Shown here: piece after piece, positions 20,486-31,167 of the stretch
How positions within the stretch are numbered: position 1 is the stretch's first letter
How the letters are laid out: the number at the start of each line of letters is the position of its first letter
From: Candidatus Bathyarchaeota archaeon
GTDB lineage: Archaea > Thermoproteota > Bathyarchaeia > Bathyarchaeales > Bathycorpusculaceae
Reading direction: 5' to 3'
Assembly (NCBI GenBank): GCA_963811105.1
Contig: CAWEPZ010000009.1
Span: forward strand, 256,001-320,000
Length of the DNA: 64,000 nt
Made by a program: the position numbers and the translations under genes
The notes under the pieces: model-generated
Database searches by the model: none
What the model was told of the DNA's origin: nothing
The model's input: the letters and a program-made list of their open reading frames with translations, nothing else

Positions 20486-21022
20486 TTGAAGTCTGCACTA
20501 ATTGTTTATTGGTCAAGTACAGGAAATACTGAAAAAGTCGCTCAAGCCATTAAAGAAGGTATAGAGAATTCTGGGTTAAAGGTTGAGCTTAGAAAGCCTC
20601 AAGAAGCAGAAAGCATGGATTTTTTTGATTATGATTTAATTTGTGTTGGTTCACCCTCAATTGAATGGCAACCTGCTAAGCCAATGGTTGACTTATTGAA
20701 GGCCAAACTCAATATTTATCGCAATCAAGGCAAAATCAAGCCTTGCGCCCCTAAAGTTCAAGGCAAAAACGCTTTAGTTTTTTGCACATATTCAGGACCA
20801 CACACAGGCATTGATGAGGCAACGCCGGCGGGGAAAACAATGCGGCAGTATTTTGAGCATTTTGGCTTTAACATTGTTGGCGAATGGTACACGGTTGGTG
20901 AATTTCATGGAAGAGAAGATATGTGCATTCTGGGTAGACTTGGCGATATTAGGGGAAAGCCGACGATGGAGGATTTGGCTAAAATTAAAAAGGATGCCCA
21001 ACTATTAACAAAGAGTCTGTAG
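20486..21022 (+). CDS. Flavodoxin-domain protein
   Basis: YWSSTGNTEKVA FMN loop; GSP; FCTYSG. Confidence 0.88.
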   Translation: MKSALIVYWSSTGNTEKVAQAIKEGIENSGLKVELRKPQEAESMDFFDYDLICVGSPSIEWQPAKPMVDLLKAKLNIYRNQGKIKPCAPKVQGKNALVFCTYSGPHTGIDEATPAGKTMRQYFEHFGFNIVGEWYTVGEFHGREDMCILGRLGDIRGKPTMEDLAKIKKDAQLLTKSL

Positions 21023-21309
21023 TGTTTGAAATGAAAAACCTCAATTTACCTGACAAAATCAGTGAAGATTTATTAAAAACTGCTGAAGAATTGTCTTTGA
21101 TGGCAAAAAAGCCGATTTCTCAATCAATGGCAATAAATCTGCTTATTGAAGTTTATCATGCACACCTCAATAACCCCTGTGCGCTCGACGCATTCAGTCA
21201 GCAACTAAAAAGCATTGACCTTATGACGCCAGAAGAATTTGACAAGTTCTGGGATGAACCAGCTAAAATTCAAGAGACAAAGCGTAAAGCAAAAATCAGA
21301 AAGCATTAA
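21022..21309 (+). CDS. Hypothetical protein (RHH-like N-terminus)
   Basis: Abuts the flavodoxin gene; LNLPDK..EDL...ISQSMAINLLI pattern. Confidence 0.6.
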   Translation: MFEMKNLNLPDKISEDLLKTAEELSLMAKKPISQSMAINLLIEVYHAHLNNPCALDAFSQQLKSIDLMTPEEFDKFWDEPAKIQETKRKAKIRKH

Positions 21310-21365
21310 GCTTGACTCAATTCAAAATATTGTTTATATAAAATTATGTGGCAATTGTTGGAATC

Positions 21366-21719
21366 ATGTCAATTAGAGCAGAATTTGGTTGGATAGAGAT
21401 CAAAGGTGACAAATATACAAATGACATTGTGATTCACGCAGACGGCAAAATAACCAAAAGAAACAAGAAGAAATCTAAAGACCTAAAAGCAGTTTACGGT
21501 CACACACCTCTTTCAGAACACGAACTAAGATTTCTGTCAAAAGAAGATTTTGATGTTCTATATGTTGGAAGCGGTCACTACGCTTCCTTGCCGATAACTC
21601 TAAAAGCTCTCAAAGTCTTGACAAAGTATAATACTATAATCTTGCCCACTTCTGAAGTGATTAGCAAAATAGAGCAAGAACAAAAGAGATTTGTCGCAAT
21701 TATTCATGTCACTTGCTGA
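21366..21719 (+). CDS. Mth938-like (DUF498) protein
   Basis: FGWIEI.G..Y..DIVI, YGHTPL, VGSG, and C-terminal IHVTC. Confidence 0.85.
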   Translation: MSIRAEFGWIEIKGDKYTNDIVIHADGKITKRNKKKSKDLKAVYGHTPLSEHELRFLSKEDFDVLYVGSGHYASLPITLKALKVLTKYNTIILPTSEVISKIEQEQKRFVAIIHVTC

Positions 21720-21722
21720 TAG

Positions 21723-21883
21723 CTAAAGAACCGCGAAGGCTTGATTGTACAGCTCGGGTTTTTTCCGGCTTATCATACCGCCGACGCTGAAACCACCCGC
21801 TTTAAGTGCATCCACAATATTGATGAGAACGGTCGTTTTCCAATGCCTCGAGCACCTGTCAAAAGCAAAACACGCGTCCGCAA
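21723..21883 (-). pseudogene. N-terminal remnant of an archaeal NTPase (THEP1/DUF265)
   Basis: MRTRVLLLTGARGIGK / frameshift / TTVLINIVDALKAGGFSVGGMISR, then truncated. Confidence 0.7.
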
Positions 21884-21962
21884 ACGATTGCACTATATTA
21901 ACCAGAAGTCTAATATGGTGATAAAATGTTTTTCATAGAGCACTTACTGGAGCACAACCTAC

Positions 21963-23174
21963 ATGGTTGATAGCGATTACCAAGCTGACTTTCCTAGCGA
22001 AATAATCAGGGAAGGCAAAGTCCAAGTGTTGGTGCCAAAACTCGCAGCTTATCAGGTTGTTCCCTCTGATTATGCACCATCCCGAGCGCCAGTCTTCTAC
22101 AACCCGATCATGGAGTTCAACCGCGACCTAACTGTTCTGGCCTTCCAAGCTTACCAACGTATGGCTAATCATGAAATCAGCATATGTGATCCATTAACCA
22201 GTCAAGGCATCCGAGGCATACGTTTCGCCGCTGAAATTGACTGCGTCAAAAAAGTGTTAATCAGCGACATTAACGAGCAAGCATACAAACTCGCAAAGCA
22301 TAATGTATCCCTAAACGTGTTAGAAGGCAAAATTGGGGTTAAGCATGAAGATGCGAACTGTGTCTTAAGCTGCAATGCCTCGCCCAAAAAAAGATTTGAC
22401 ATTGTGGATGTTGATCCGTTTGGTACTCCGGCACCATACCTTGACTCAGCGCTCCGAGCAATCCGCAACAACGGCTTACTAGCGTCAACAGCAACTGACT
22501 TGGCGCCTCTATGTGGTGTTCATGCAAAAGCTTGTGTGCGAAAATACGGCGGTAAACCACTCAGGACAGAGTATTGCCACGAATTAGCCGTCAGACTTTT
22601 AGCTGGATGCACCGCCACCTTAGCCGCAAAACACGATATTGGCATAAAGGTGCTTTTCAGCCACAGCAGCGAACACTATATTCGCTTATACGCACAAATC
22701 AGCTATGGCGCCAAAAAATCGGATGACTGCATCAAAAATATGGGCTACATTCTGCACTGCTTCAACTGCTTGCACAGAGAAACCACCCACCAACCCTTAG
22801 GCAGCCTGCAATGCCCCGAATGCGGTTCAAGAATGGACTGGACTGGACCTCTCTGGGTGGCAAGCATCTTTGACGGTAGCTTTATTGATTTAATGATAAA
22901 AGAAAACAAGTCTGTTGCATTCAAAAACAGCGCTCGAATCACAACACTACTAGCATTAATTAAAGAAGAAGCTTCAGCCCCCATTACCTATTTTGTAGTT
23001 GACAAGTTAAGCGGGAAACTGGGTCTACCATCGCCATCCATACAAGCATTCGCAAACGCACTTCATTCGGGCGGTTTCCAAGCAGTAAAAACTCACTTTA
23101 GTACTAGAGGCATAAGAACAGATGCTTCTGCGATGGCTTTGCGAAAACTTCTCAAAGAAACAATCAGCAGCTAG
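21963..23174 (+). CDS. trm1: tRNA (guanine26-N2)-dimethyltransferase
   Basis: PVFYNP.M..NRD, GIRGIR, DVDPFGTP, TATD, E...R.L, Zn ribbon, GPLW, TH...GIRTDA. Confidence 0.95.
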   Translation: MVDSDYQADFPSEIIREGKVQVLVPKLAAYQVVPSDYAPSRAPVFYNPIMEFNRDLTVLAFQAYQRMANHEISICDPLTSQGIRGIRFAAEIDCVKKVLISDINEQAYKLAKHNVSLNVLEGKIGVKHEDANCVLSCNASPKKRFDIVDVDPFGTPAPYLDSALRAIRNNGLLASTATDLAPLCGVHAKACVRKYGGKPLRTEYCHELAVRLLAGCTATLAAKHDIGIKVLFSHSSEHYIRLYAQISYGAKKSDDCIKNMGYILHCFNCLHRETTHQPLGSLQCPECGSRMDWTGPLWVASIFDGSFIDLMIKENKSVAFKNSARITTLLALIKEEASAPITYFVVDKLSGKLGLPSPSIQAFANALHSGGFQAVKTHFSTRGIRTDASAMALRKLLKETISS

Positions 23175-23239
23175 AGAACATTTTCGGCAACAAAAGTTTA
23201 AAGAGCAAAGCCGCCAGTCCTTAAAGCTAGTGAACAGCA

Positions 23240-24046
23240 ATGAATGACAAAATCACCGTGATCGGCGCTGGTATGATGGGCGGTGCTATAATCAAAAGCC
23301 TTCTTAAAGGTGGTTATCAAGGCAAAATTACAGCGGTTGATATTCAACTTGAACGGCTCAAGGAATTCGACCCCTTAGGTGTGAAAACTTCTTCAAACAG
23401 CAAAAAGTCTGCTGCCGACGCGGACATCGTTTTTCTCATAGTTAAGCCGGGAGATGTAGAAAAAGTTCTCAAAGATATCAGTGCAGAAATTAAGGGTAAG
23501 TTGCTAATCTCGGTGGCAGCGACTGTTCCGCTTAGGTTTTTGCTGAAGCATGTTTCTGACGCGAAGGTTGTGCGTATTATGCCTAACCTTGGAGCTCTTG
23601 TGCAAGCTGCTTACACGGCTTACTGTTGTGAAACGAACGTTACCGCTGAGGATAAGGAGAAAGTGGAGACATTGCTGAATATGATGGGCATTTGCGACGA
23701 GGTTGAAGAGAAATATATGGATGCTATCACTGCAGTAAGCGGAAGTGGACCAGGTTACTTGTCAATTATTATTGAAGCCATGACATATGCAGGATTAAAA
23801 GTTGGATTACCGCGAAACATAGCTTTAAAGTGTGCTGCGCAAACAGTGATGGGCACGGGAAAACTTGTAGTTGACTTGAACGAGGAACCATCTAAAATAA
23901 AGGATATGACTACAACACCAGGCGGAACAACCATCGAAGCAATATACCAAATTGAACAAAGCCAAATCCGTTCAGCAATGATAAGAGCCATCGAAGAAGC
24001 CACAAAGAAAAGCCAAGCTATAAGGGAAAAACTAAACCTAAATTGA
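23240..24046 (+). CDS. proC: Pyrroline-5-carboxylate reductase
   Basis: IGAGMMG, VKP, RIMPN, TAVSGSGP, TPGGTT. Confidence 0.95.
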   Translation: MNDKITVIGAGMMGGAIIKSLLKGGYQGKITAVDIQLERLKEFDPLGVKTSSNSKKSAADADIVFLIVKPGDVEKVLKDISAEIKGKLLISVAATVPLRFLLKHVSDAKVVRIMPNLGALVQAAYTAYCCETNVTAEDKEKVETLLNMMGICDEVEEKYMDAITAVSGSGPGYLSIIIEAMTYAGLKVGLPRNIALKCAAQTVMGTGKLVVDLNEEPSKIKDMTTTPGGTTIEAIYQIEQSQIRSAMIRAIEEATKKSQAIREKLNLN

Positions 24047-24711
24047 GACCAATGATGTTTGAAGCGGTTATTTTTGATTGGGACGGCACTTTAGCCGATA
24101 CAAGGCAAGTAATTGTTGTATCATTCCAGAAAGCTCTTAGCGAAGTCAACTGTATTGTAAGCGACGAGTACATTGAGCGTCGTATAGGTATTGGCGCAGC
24201 AGATACGTTTTACGACATTTTGCAATCTGCAAACATACGCGTCGACCAGAAAATGATTGAACATTTAGTAGACCGCAAAAGCCAGTTTGAAATTGAATTA
24301 ACAAGCCAAGTAAAATTATTCCCAGGCGCAAAAGAGCTACTTGAAACGTTACATGGCAAAGTAAAAATGGGGTTGGCATCAATGAATAACCGCTCAGTCA
24401 TCATACATATGGTGAAGGCAAACGGCTTAACCCAATTCTTCCAAGCTTTTCTCACAGCCGAGTCAATTTCCCATTCCAAACCACATCCGGAAATCTTCAT
24501 CAAAACCGCCTCTGAACTCAAAACAAATCCAGAAAAATGCGTTGTCATTGAGGATTCGATTTTCGGTGTTAAAGCCGCAAAGTCCGCCAACATGGGCTGC
24601 GTTGCTGTTACAACAGGCGTTTATTCCAAAGAAGAGCTGAAAGAGGCAAAACCCGATTTAATTGTTAAAACGTTATGTGACAATCAAATTGTTCCTTTTA
24701 TTTTGAACTAA
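24043..24711 (+). CDS. HAD-superfamily phosphatase
   Basis: FDWDGTL, KPHP, IEDS..G..AA. Confidence 0.9.
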   Translation: MRPMMFEAVIFDWDGTLADTRQVIVVSFQKALSEVNCIVSDEYIERRIGIGAADTFYDILQSANIRVDQKMIEHLVDRKSQFEIELTSQVKLFPGAKELLETLHGKVKMGLASMNNRSVIIHMVKANGLTQFFQAFLTAESISHSKPHPEIFIKTASELKTNPEKCVVIEDSIFGVKAAKSANMGCVAVTTGVYSKEELKEAKPDLIVKTLCDNQIVPFILN

Positions 24712-24806
24712 TATTATCTTGTAGTAGTGTAAGGACAATCACATAGCTTTAAGAATTTTTAAATTAACTATAAAGCACTCTCAAATCTGAAGGAAGGGAA
24801 AATTTT

Positions 24807-25079
24807 TTGAAGATAATTTCTACAAACAAAAAAATCAAGCCCCCGGTATTTCAAGTTCTACTGCTAGACAATAATGCTACTGACGACGTTGAGGTTCAAG
24901 AAGCAGTTGAAGTAAACTTTTGTCGGGTAAAAGAACATCTCAAAAATGGCGGATCAGTTTTCATAACAAGCAAGGACACCCAAAAAATTGAATATCCTAA
25001 AGCCAAGGCACAGCTCAACTTCAGTAAATCACGGAGAAACTATGGGTTTCTCTTCCAGCAGCAAATGAGAAGCTCATAA
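24807..25079 (+). CDS. Hypothetical protein
   Basis: 90-aa ORF with a purine-rich leader; HLKNGGSVFIT segment. Confidence 0.6.
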   Translation: MKIISTNKKIKPPVFQVLLLDNNATDDVEVQEAVEVNFCRVKEHLKNGGSVFITSKDTQKIEYPKAKAQLNFSKSRRNYGFLFQQQMRSS

Positions 25080-25228
25080 ATGTGTGACGTGCATCCAGAT
25101 AAGATTCCTTTTACCTCCCCTCTCTTCCGTATTTTTTTGGGTGCACGCCACTCCCACTGACTTATAACGATCTGCCTCTTTTTTTCTTGAAGACAGTTTT
25201 TGCTTTTTAGAAATAAGAAGGTTTTTTA

Positions 25229-26348
25229 AGAAAGTGTTAGTTTCGGAATCTCTTTGTAAAGTCTAGCTTGCATTTGTTGGTTTGGTCTTTTCTTGTAATT
25301 ACGAAGCAAAAACGCAACCAATTGAGCAGCTGATACTCCTATGGTAGCGACTGCCAACAGTATTTGGAAAAGTCGTTGTGCCTATTGGTTTATAGACGAT
25401 GAAGATGTTGGTGATGATTCTGCCTGTAGCGGTGAAGGCGTGATTTTGAAGGAAGCTATGAGCGGTAAGTATCAATATTTTTTAGTATCTGTCACGTATC
25501 GCGTATCACCAGCCATCATGATTTGCAGCTGTGCCGTTATGCTCGTTCCAGTAGTTGCCGACTGACCATTATCCCAAATGTTAGCGCATGTTTTGCCGAT
25601 TCCAGTTCCGATGAAATAATCTATTGAGTCTCCAATTCTAACATTTGGAGAATTGTTGATTATATCATTGAGATAAAATTCATTATTGGAAGATTAGGCG
25701 ATGCGAATGCCTGAGTCACTGTTATTTGTTATACTATTTTGATAAATTTTGTTGTGGTTTGAGTTGCTTACGAAATTCTGTACTGTGGATTGGCAATTAT
25801 GTCATTTTCATAAAATGTTGTTTGAATTAAATCCTGAACCAGCGTTTGGGATAGGCGAATTATTGCTTAATCTAACGCCGGCAAAACAATTATTTGTTAA
25901 GTTATTAGCGAAGATATTGTTGTTGTTTGATTCATTCTCTGAGTCGATGCCACAATAATCGTTTGAGTTCAAGTCGTTATAACAAAGAGTGTCATTACTA
26001 GAGAGGTAAGTTAGAGTCTCCTTATAGAAAAATCTTTTACCGTCAAGTTTCTAATTGTGACATTATTTGCTCCCTTTAGCCAAATGCCTATTCCGCCGGG
26101 GCCTTGAATTGTGTAGCTATTTCCCTCAATTACTACGTTGCTCGCCTAAACGTTGATGGAGCCACTGAAGTTACTATTGAGACTAAATACATTTCCTGAA
26201 AAAGTAATGAGCGATGTTTTTGGAGTGATTATTCCGTTAACATTAATGCTGTAGGGCACAAAACCTTGACAATAGGTTACGTTATCGAGAAGAAATCCAG
26301 CAAGAACTAAAAATACCAATATGTACGGGTATTTTGTATGCTTGTCAT
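25229..26348 (-). pseudogene. Decayed NosD/right-handed beta-helix surface protein (boundaries approximate)
   Basis: Fragments INVNGIITPKT...SINV*ASNVVIEGNSYTIQG..GIWLKGANNVTIRNL; Asn-rich helix repeats; WDNG; C-terminal TM; many stops and frameshifts. Confidence 0.7.
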
Positions 26349-26392
26349 TTTTTCCTTCATTAAGTGTAAAATAACAAGTTGGGAATTTTGGG

Positions 26393-27463
26393 TTATTTTT
26401 TACTCGTAAGAGCTTTGGGAATGTAGCTGCATCTGGGGTCGGAACCTAAAATGTCTCCTGTATAAAACAACGCTGCCGTTCTGCAGCCTCCGCAAAGTTC
26501 TTTGAACTCACAAACGCCGCATTTGCCCTTTATGTTGTCTTTATTTCGGACCCTTGCGAAGAACTCCGAGTTTTGCATGTCATCCCATATTTGCTTAAGC
26601 GACTTATCCTTTACGTTTCCAATCCTATAGACATCGTTGTAGCTACATGGTATCGCGTCGCCGTTTTCTGCTAAACTGAAGAATTTTCCGAACCAGCATC
26701 TCCCTAAGAAGAAGTTGTTAAACCAGTTGTCGAAGTCTTCCATTCCTCTCTGCTTTGCCACCCGCGCGTAGAAAGGAAGATAAATGTTAATTTCAGGTTT
26801 CCCCGCATATTCCTTTGTTAAATCGTAGAGTCTGTTGCAGACCCATTCGTACTGCTTAGGAGTAGGGTCAGATTTGAGGCTTTTTTTGTTGTTGCTATAT
26901 GGAATAAATCCATGGAAAACCACCCAGCGTGCGCCATATTGGCGAGCTAAATCAATCACATGCCGCATGTCTTCTTCATTTACATTTGTCACGTCGCTGT
27001 CAGCATTTGCAAAGGTGTAAACAAGACAATCTAGCAGTTTGGTCTCTGAAAACTTTCTTATTGCTAAAAGTGCGGCTGCGTAAGCTCCTTTTCCACGGAT
27101 CACATCGTTAGTCTTCTCGGCACCATCAATGCTAACTGAGATTCGAACTTTGTTCTTAACGATGGCCTCAAAAGTTTTCTGATCCAATAAACGTCCATCA
27201 GTAATTATGCTTGCGCTCAAACCTAGCCCTCTGGCGTAGGCTATGACTTCTAAAAGGTCCTTTCGCTGAAATGGCTGTCCACCGGTAACTCCGAAGAAGG
27301 TCGCTCCAAAATCGTAAACTTCATCAACAATTTTTTTGGCTCCTTCAGTATCAACTTCATCCGAAACTGCTGCTTGCCCAGCTGAAATACAGTGAACACA
27401 GTTGCTGTCGCAAGCATAGGTGCATCGCCAGGGAACAATGAACAAGGGACCTTTACTTTTCAA
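26393..27463 (-). CDS. Radical SAM/SPASM protein (PqqE/Ahb-like)
   Basis: CDSNCVHC (CxxxCxxC); TGGQP; SIDG; SPASM G...PC...CGVC....CGGC...DPRC. Confidence 0.9.
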   Translation of the reverse strand: MKSKGPLFIVPWRCTYACDSNCVHCISAGQAAVSDEVDTEGAKKIVDEVYDFGATFFGVTGGQPFQRKDLLEVIAYARGLGLSASIITDGRLLDQKTFEAIVKNKVRISVSIDGAEKTNDVIRGKGAYAAALLAIRKFSETKLLDCLVYTFANADSDVTNVNEEDMRHVIDLARQYGARWVVFHGFIPYSNNKKSLKSDPTPKQYEWVCNRLYDLTKEYAGKPEINIYLPFYARVAKQRGMEDFDNWFNNFFLGRCWFGKFFSLAENGDAIPCSYNDVYRIGNVKDKSLKQIWDDMQNSEFFARVRNKDNIKGKCGVCEFKELCGGCRTAALFYTGDILGSDPRCSYIPKALTSKK

Positions 27464-27723
27464 GATTATTTCTCCGAGTTCTATCTTGGCTTATCAAAAA
27501 CACATATTTTGGTATTTAACGTTTCACATTTCTTTGACATTTTGGACGTGAAAGTGCTCTGGACAGAATTCTGCAATTTGCAACATGCTTATATGAAGAA
27601 AGGGAGGATAATTAGCCTTTTTCTTTTTAGAAGGGGTTCTTTTTAGTGACCCAAAGCTTGTTTTGTTGAGTTCCAAAACAGTTATAACTTGATTCTAGCT
27701 GAGTAATATTTGGAGAAAGGAGA

Positions 27724-27891
27724 ATGGATGAGAAGGAGCTAGTGGAGACTGGTCAGGTTAATTGTAGTCATAAGCAGAGATTGTATAATCAGCGATGCTT
27801 TGATATTTTGAACGGTTTTGAATTGAATTTTACGCGATGCATTGATTGTCACAAAATTATTAGCTTAGAAGCTAAAAAGTTTTCAGGCTAA
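27724..27891 (+). CDS. 55-aa Cys/His microprotein (putative Zn finger), absent from the ORF track
   Basis: MDEKELVETGQVNCSHKQ...TRCIDCHKIISLEAKKFSG; strong SD GGAGAAAGGAG directly upstream. Confidence 0.65.
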   Translation: MDEKELVETGQVNCSHKQRLYNQRCFDILNGFELNFTRCIDCHKIISLEAKKFSG

Positions 27892-27905
27892 ATTTTTGTA
27901 TAATT

Positions 27906-28313
27906 TTACTTTTCTTTAACATTCAGATACAGGGCCCCTTCTTTTAGCAGGTCTAAGATCCGTTGGGTTTGAACAGTGGATAGTTTGCATGTTTTGGGGT
28001 CGTTGAGGAACGGTAGTTTTTCAGGTGCATTTTGCAGGACATGAAGGTCTTCCCAAGTTACCTTAATGTCTTCGGAGGGAATGTGGGTTTCAATATCTTC
28101 CACCCATGTGCCAGCATCTAGTTGGTCGCCTTCACTCAGCGTAGTGAATGGCCCAAGCAAACTCTTATCATCTGTATTGTACAGAAAAACGACTGTGCCT
28201 GACTTGATCTCTGCCAAAGCAGCCGTTTTCTTGTCTGCGCAAGTGTAGCGTTTATTGCTTAGACACTGTTGCTGTGAAGTTTTATTGCAAAAAAGAATAT
28301 AACCGTCATACAT
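27906..28313 (-). CDS. DCD-like (EVE/PUA-fold) domain protein
   Basis: GYILFCN..SQQQCL...IKSGTVVFLYN.DDKSLLGPF resembles the DCD consensus G.IF.CN..T..EC...I..G..LFL.N.....L.G.F. Confidence 0.6.
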   Translation of the reverse strand: MYDGYILFCNKTSQQQCLSNKRYTCADKKTAALAEIKSGTVVFLYNTDDKSLLGPFTTLSEGDQLDAGTWVEDIETHIPSEDIKVTWEDLHVLQNAPEKLPFLNDPKTCKLSTVQTQRILDLLKEGALYLNVKEK

Positions 28314-28847
28314 AATTTTTCAGAACCTTAATATAGCTTGGTTCGTCGCTCTTATTTTCTTTTTCTATAATCTGATCAAGAATTTTTCTAGCTTGAAGGC
28401 ATTAGGTATTACTGCTGTTAACGGCAGGGTTGCAATATAGCTGTTTTGAGATACTCCTTAGTTTAGGGTTTGGTTCTTTTGCAGGTTAAGTGACAGAAAA
28501 TGAAAGAAATTAAGTAAAAGTGAAGACTATCAGGGGTCCAAATTCTTTTTGTCCGAATTCTATTATTTGTTTTTGGGATTGCTTTTCTTAACTAAAACTT
28601 AAATTCTGTTGCAAATAGTTTTCCAAAATGGCTCTAAATGGCCCCATTATCCCCGGTTGTCCCGAATTGTCCCCAAAAGTCAAGGAAAGTTAAAAGAGGT
28701 TGCCTTCAAAAATCGATAAACATACGAGGAGTTTGTTCGATCTGCTATTTTGATAGAGTTAATTCTAATTTGGTTTTTGGTGAGCCAGGTTCGAACTATA
28801 GAAAATTTAAATTATCAAAGAAAGATATCTTTGCTGATTGTTGTTAG

Positions 28848-30242
28848 GTGGAATGTGCTTTAAAGTCTCTTTCAGTTGCAAAATTCGGAGGCAGCCTTTT
28901 AGACGTTGAAGGAAAAGGAATCCCAAAAATAGTTAAACGGATTAAGGAAATTAATGAAAAAGACGGCTTTGGTCCAGTTGTCGTCTTTTCTGCGCCTACA
29001 GGCTGTACCGACGCGCTAATTAGAATAGGCGAATCCTACGCGCAAGCGTGCTCGCTTCCTCTCGACCCGGTTTTTGAAGTTTACGAACATTTAGCTAATG
29101 CTTTTGTTAAAGGCAAATGGCATAAACAAGCCGTTGAGGATTTGGCTAATTACAAAGCGCTAACCCAGGCCACATTGAATTCAGTTAACAAACGTTTCAG
29201 CGGGAACATCAAAGCAAGAATCCTAACTTTAGGCGGAGAACTCGCAATGTCGACACTTATGGATTACGTTTTGAAAAGCAGCGGTTATGACTCCTGCAGT
29301 GTTTCACTTGAAGAGTGGCCAATTGTGACTGATGACAATTTTGAAGATGCCATACCGAACTACGAGCTAAGCAAGAAAAGAATTCATACCTTAATTGAGC
29401 CATTGGAGGAGGGCAAAATTGTTTCCATGGCAGGTTTTTTAGGAGTAACAGCTGATAGACTTGAAACTATTTTGGGTAGAGGTGGTTCCGATTTAACGGC
29501 GGTTTTTGCTTCTTGCCTCTTGAAGGATTTATACAATACTGAAACTTTGTTGTACAAAGATGTTCCTGTTCAAAGTGCTGACCCCAAAGTGGTGCGGGGG
29601 CAGAAAACTGAGCATGTTTTTGCGTTGACGTATAATGAAGCCCATAAAGCGTCTACGATGGGCATGAAAATAGTTCAAAGCCCAGCAATCGCTATGGCAA
29701 GGCGATTCGCACAACCGCTAAAGGTGGTGCCTATTGATGAGCCAGAAATGCATTCGATAATTGGAGCAGAGACAGGCGGTGGCGGAGAAATAGTAAAGTG
29801 TTTAACAGGGAAACGAGGATGTGCAATCCTATCAATGAACGATGAGAAAAGCCGATCACTTGAAGATTCTTTGCGAATTTGGGAAAGAAGAAATGACTTC
29901 ATGGATTTAGGCGCGGAAATCATGGAAACTGGTGAACAAATTCGCGATTTTCTATTCTTGGACTCGGATTTCTTGAAGAAAAATGAAGAAAAATTAAAGG
30001 GCTTTGATGAAAAAATGAAAATTGATTACGGTTTAGGCGTTGTCACCTTAATTGGGGACAGAATGAAGGATTCGCCAGGTGTTGCTTCACTTGCCATCAG
30101 TGCAATTTCAGGAATTAACATTAAGCGAGGCATCTTTGCGCCACATACTTCACAGATAATTCTTGTTGTTGAGGAAAAGAACGTCAACGCCACTGTTGCA
30201 GCCATCCATTTAAAAAAGCAAGAGATGAACAAAGAATCCTAA
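28848..30242 (+). CDS. lysC: Aspartate kinase
   Basis: KFGGS, VVFSA, GFLG, LGRGGSD.TA, SADPK; C-terminal ACT-like region. Confidence 0.88.
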   Translation: MECALKSLSVAKFGGSLLDVEGKGIPKIVKRIKEINEKDGFGPVVVFSAPTGCTDALIRIGESYAQACSLPLDPVFEVYEHLANAFVKGKWHKQAVEDLANYKALTQATLNSVNKRFSGNIKARILTLGGELAMSTLMDYVLKSSGYDSCSVSLEEWPIVTDDNFEDAIPNYELSKKRIHTLIEPLEEGKIVSMAGFLGVTADRLETILGRGGSDLTAVFASCLLKDLYNTETLLYKDVPVQSADPKVVRGQKTEHVFALTYNEAHKASTMGMKIVQSPAIAMARRFAQPLKVVPIDEPEMHSIIGAETGGGGEIVKCLTGKRGCAILSMNDEKSRSLEDSLRIWERRNDFMDLGAEIMETGEQIRDFLFLDSDFLKKNEEKLKGFDEKMKIDYGLGVVTLIGDRMKDSPGVASLAISAISGINIKRGIFAPHTSQIILVVEEKNVNATVAAIHLKKQEMNKES

Positions 30243-30758
30243 TACTAAGCAAAGATTCGCAAGTTGAGATTTGATATTGTTGACATTGGACTTCCAGTTT
30301 ACATTCTAATTTTTTATGCATTAGGAAAACCTTCCTCAAACACTGAATTCTACGTTGTCGTTTTCTTCATAGCCACTGCGGTGCAAGATTCCGCTGCAAG
30401 CCTCTCAGTTGGCTCACTTGAAATTCTCTCAGCAAGCATTTTCTTGATTTATGGAATAACCCTTTTGGAGTTAGTTGTATCACAGCCGTAGTGCTTAGAA
30501 GTGCTAGCTTTTGATTCCCCCTATTCGTAGGATTTATCTGCGTGCAAATTGTCGGGGCAAAAAATTTGCTGGCAGTAGACCTGAAGACCTAAAATAGCAG
30601 AATTAGAGGTCTAAGAAAGAAGCGGGCTAAAGCGCAGAAGAATTTGAATCTCAAAACTCAACCATGAAGTCAGCAGTTGATTCATAATTCCCAAATATTT
30701 AGAATATGCTATCGCAAATTTTTTACGTTAGAATAGATTATTAATACCTTGAAGATGA

Positions 30759-30974
30759 ATGTGGATGGCTTTACTTGAATGCCCCTTCTGCAATGAAATC
30801 CTCGAAGTTGAACCACCTGATAAACTTCATAGCGCATTTTCATTTGTAAACCCCATTCCAAGAAGTTACCATGGCGATATTGTGAAAACAAAACATAGAT
30901 GCCATAACCAAAACTGCAACAAGCAAATTACAGTTTCATGGTATGCTCCATTGGAATACTTCAATCGAATATGA
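30759..30974 (+). CDS. Small Zn-ribbon protein
   Basis: CPFC...CHNQNC. Confidence 0.65.
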   Translation: MWMALLECPFCNEILEVEPPDKLHSAFSFVNPIPRSYHGDIVKTKHRCHNQNCNKQITVSWYAPLEYFNRI

Positions 30975-31167
30975 TAGCTTAAAACAGCTCTTGCAATAGT
31001 TGGTTGATCAGAAGCTCGGTTACTTCTTGTTCAGTACACTTATCGATTATTACGGTTTTCGATATATTACGTTTGCCATAGAAACCTTTATGTCTTCTTC
31101 TAGATAAATCGGATGTACTTATCACACGTTTGATAGGTAAAAAAGAGAGTAGGTACGGGTAAATCAA

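Noticed and set aside
28848-28875. Possible TTA start for the aspartate kinase after SD AGGTGG
   Set aside because: An in-frame GTG exists at 28848, so a non-canonical start is not needed.
30264-30491. Hydrophobic 75-aa ORF
   Set aside because: No recognisable motif or SD; may be a fragment or chance.
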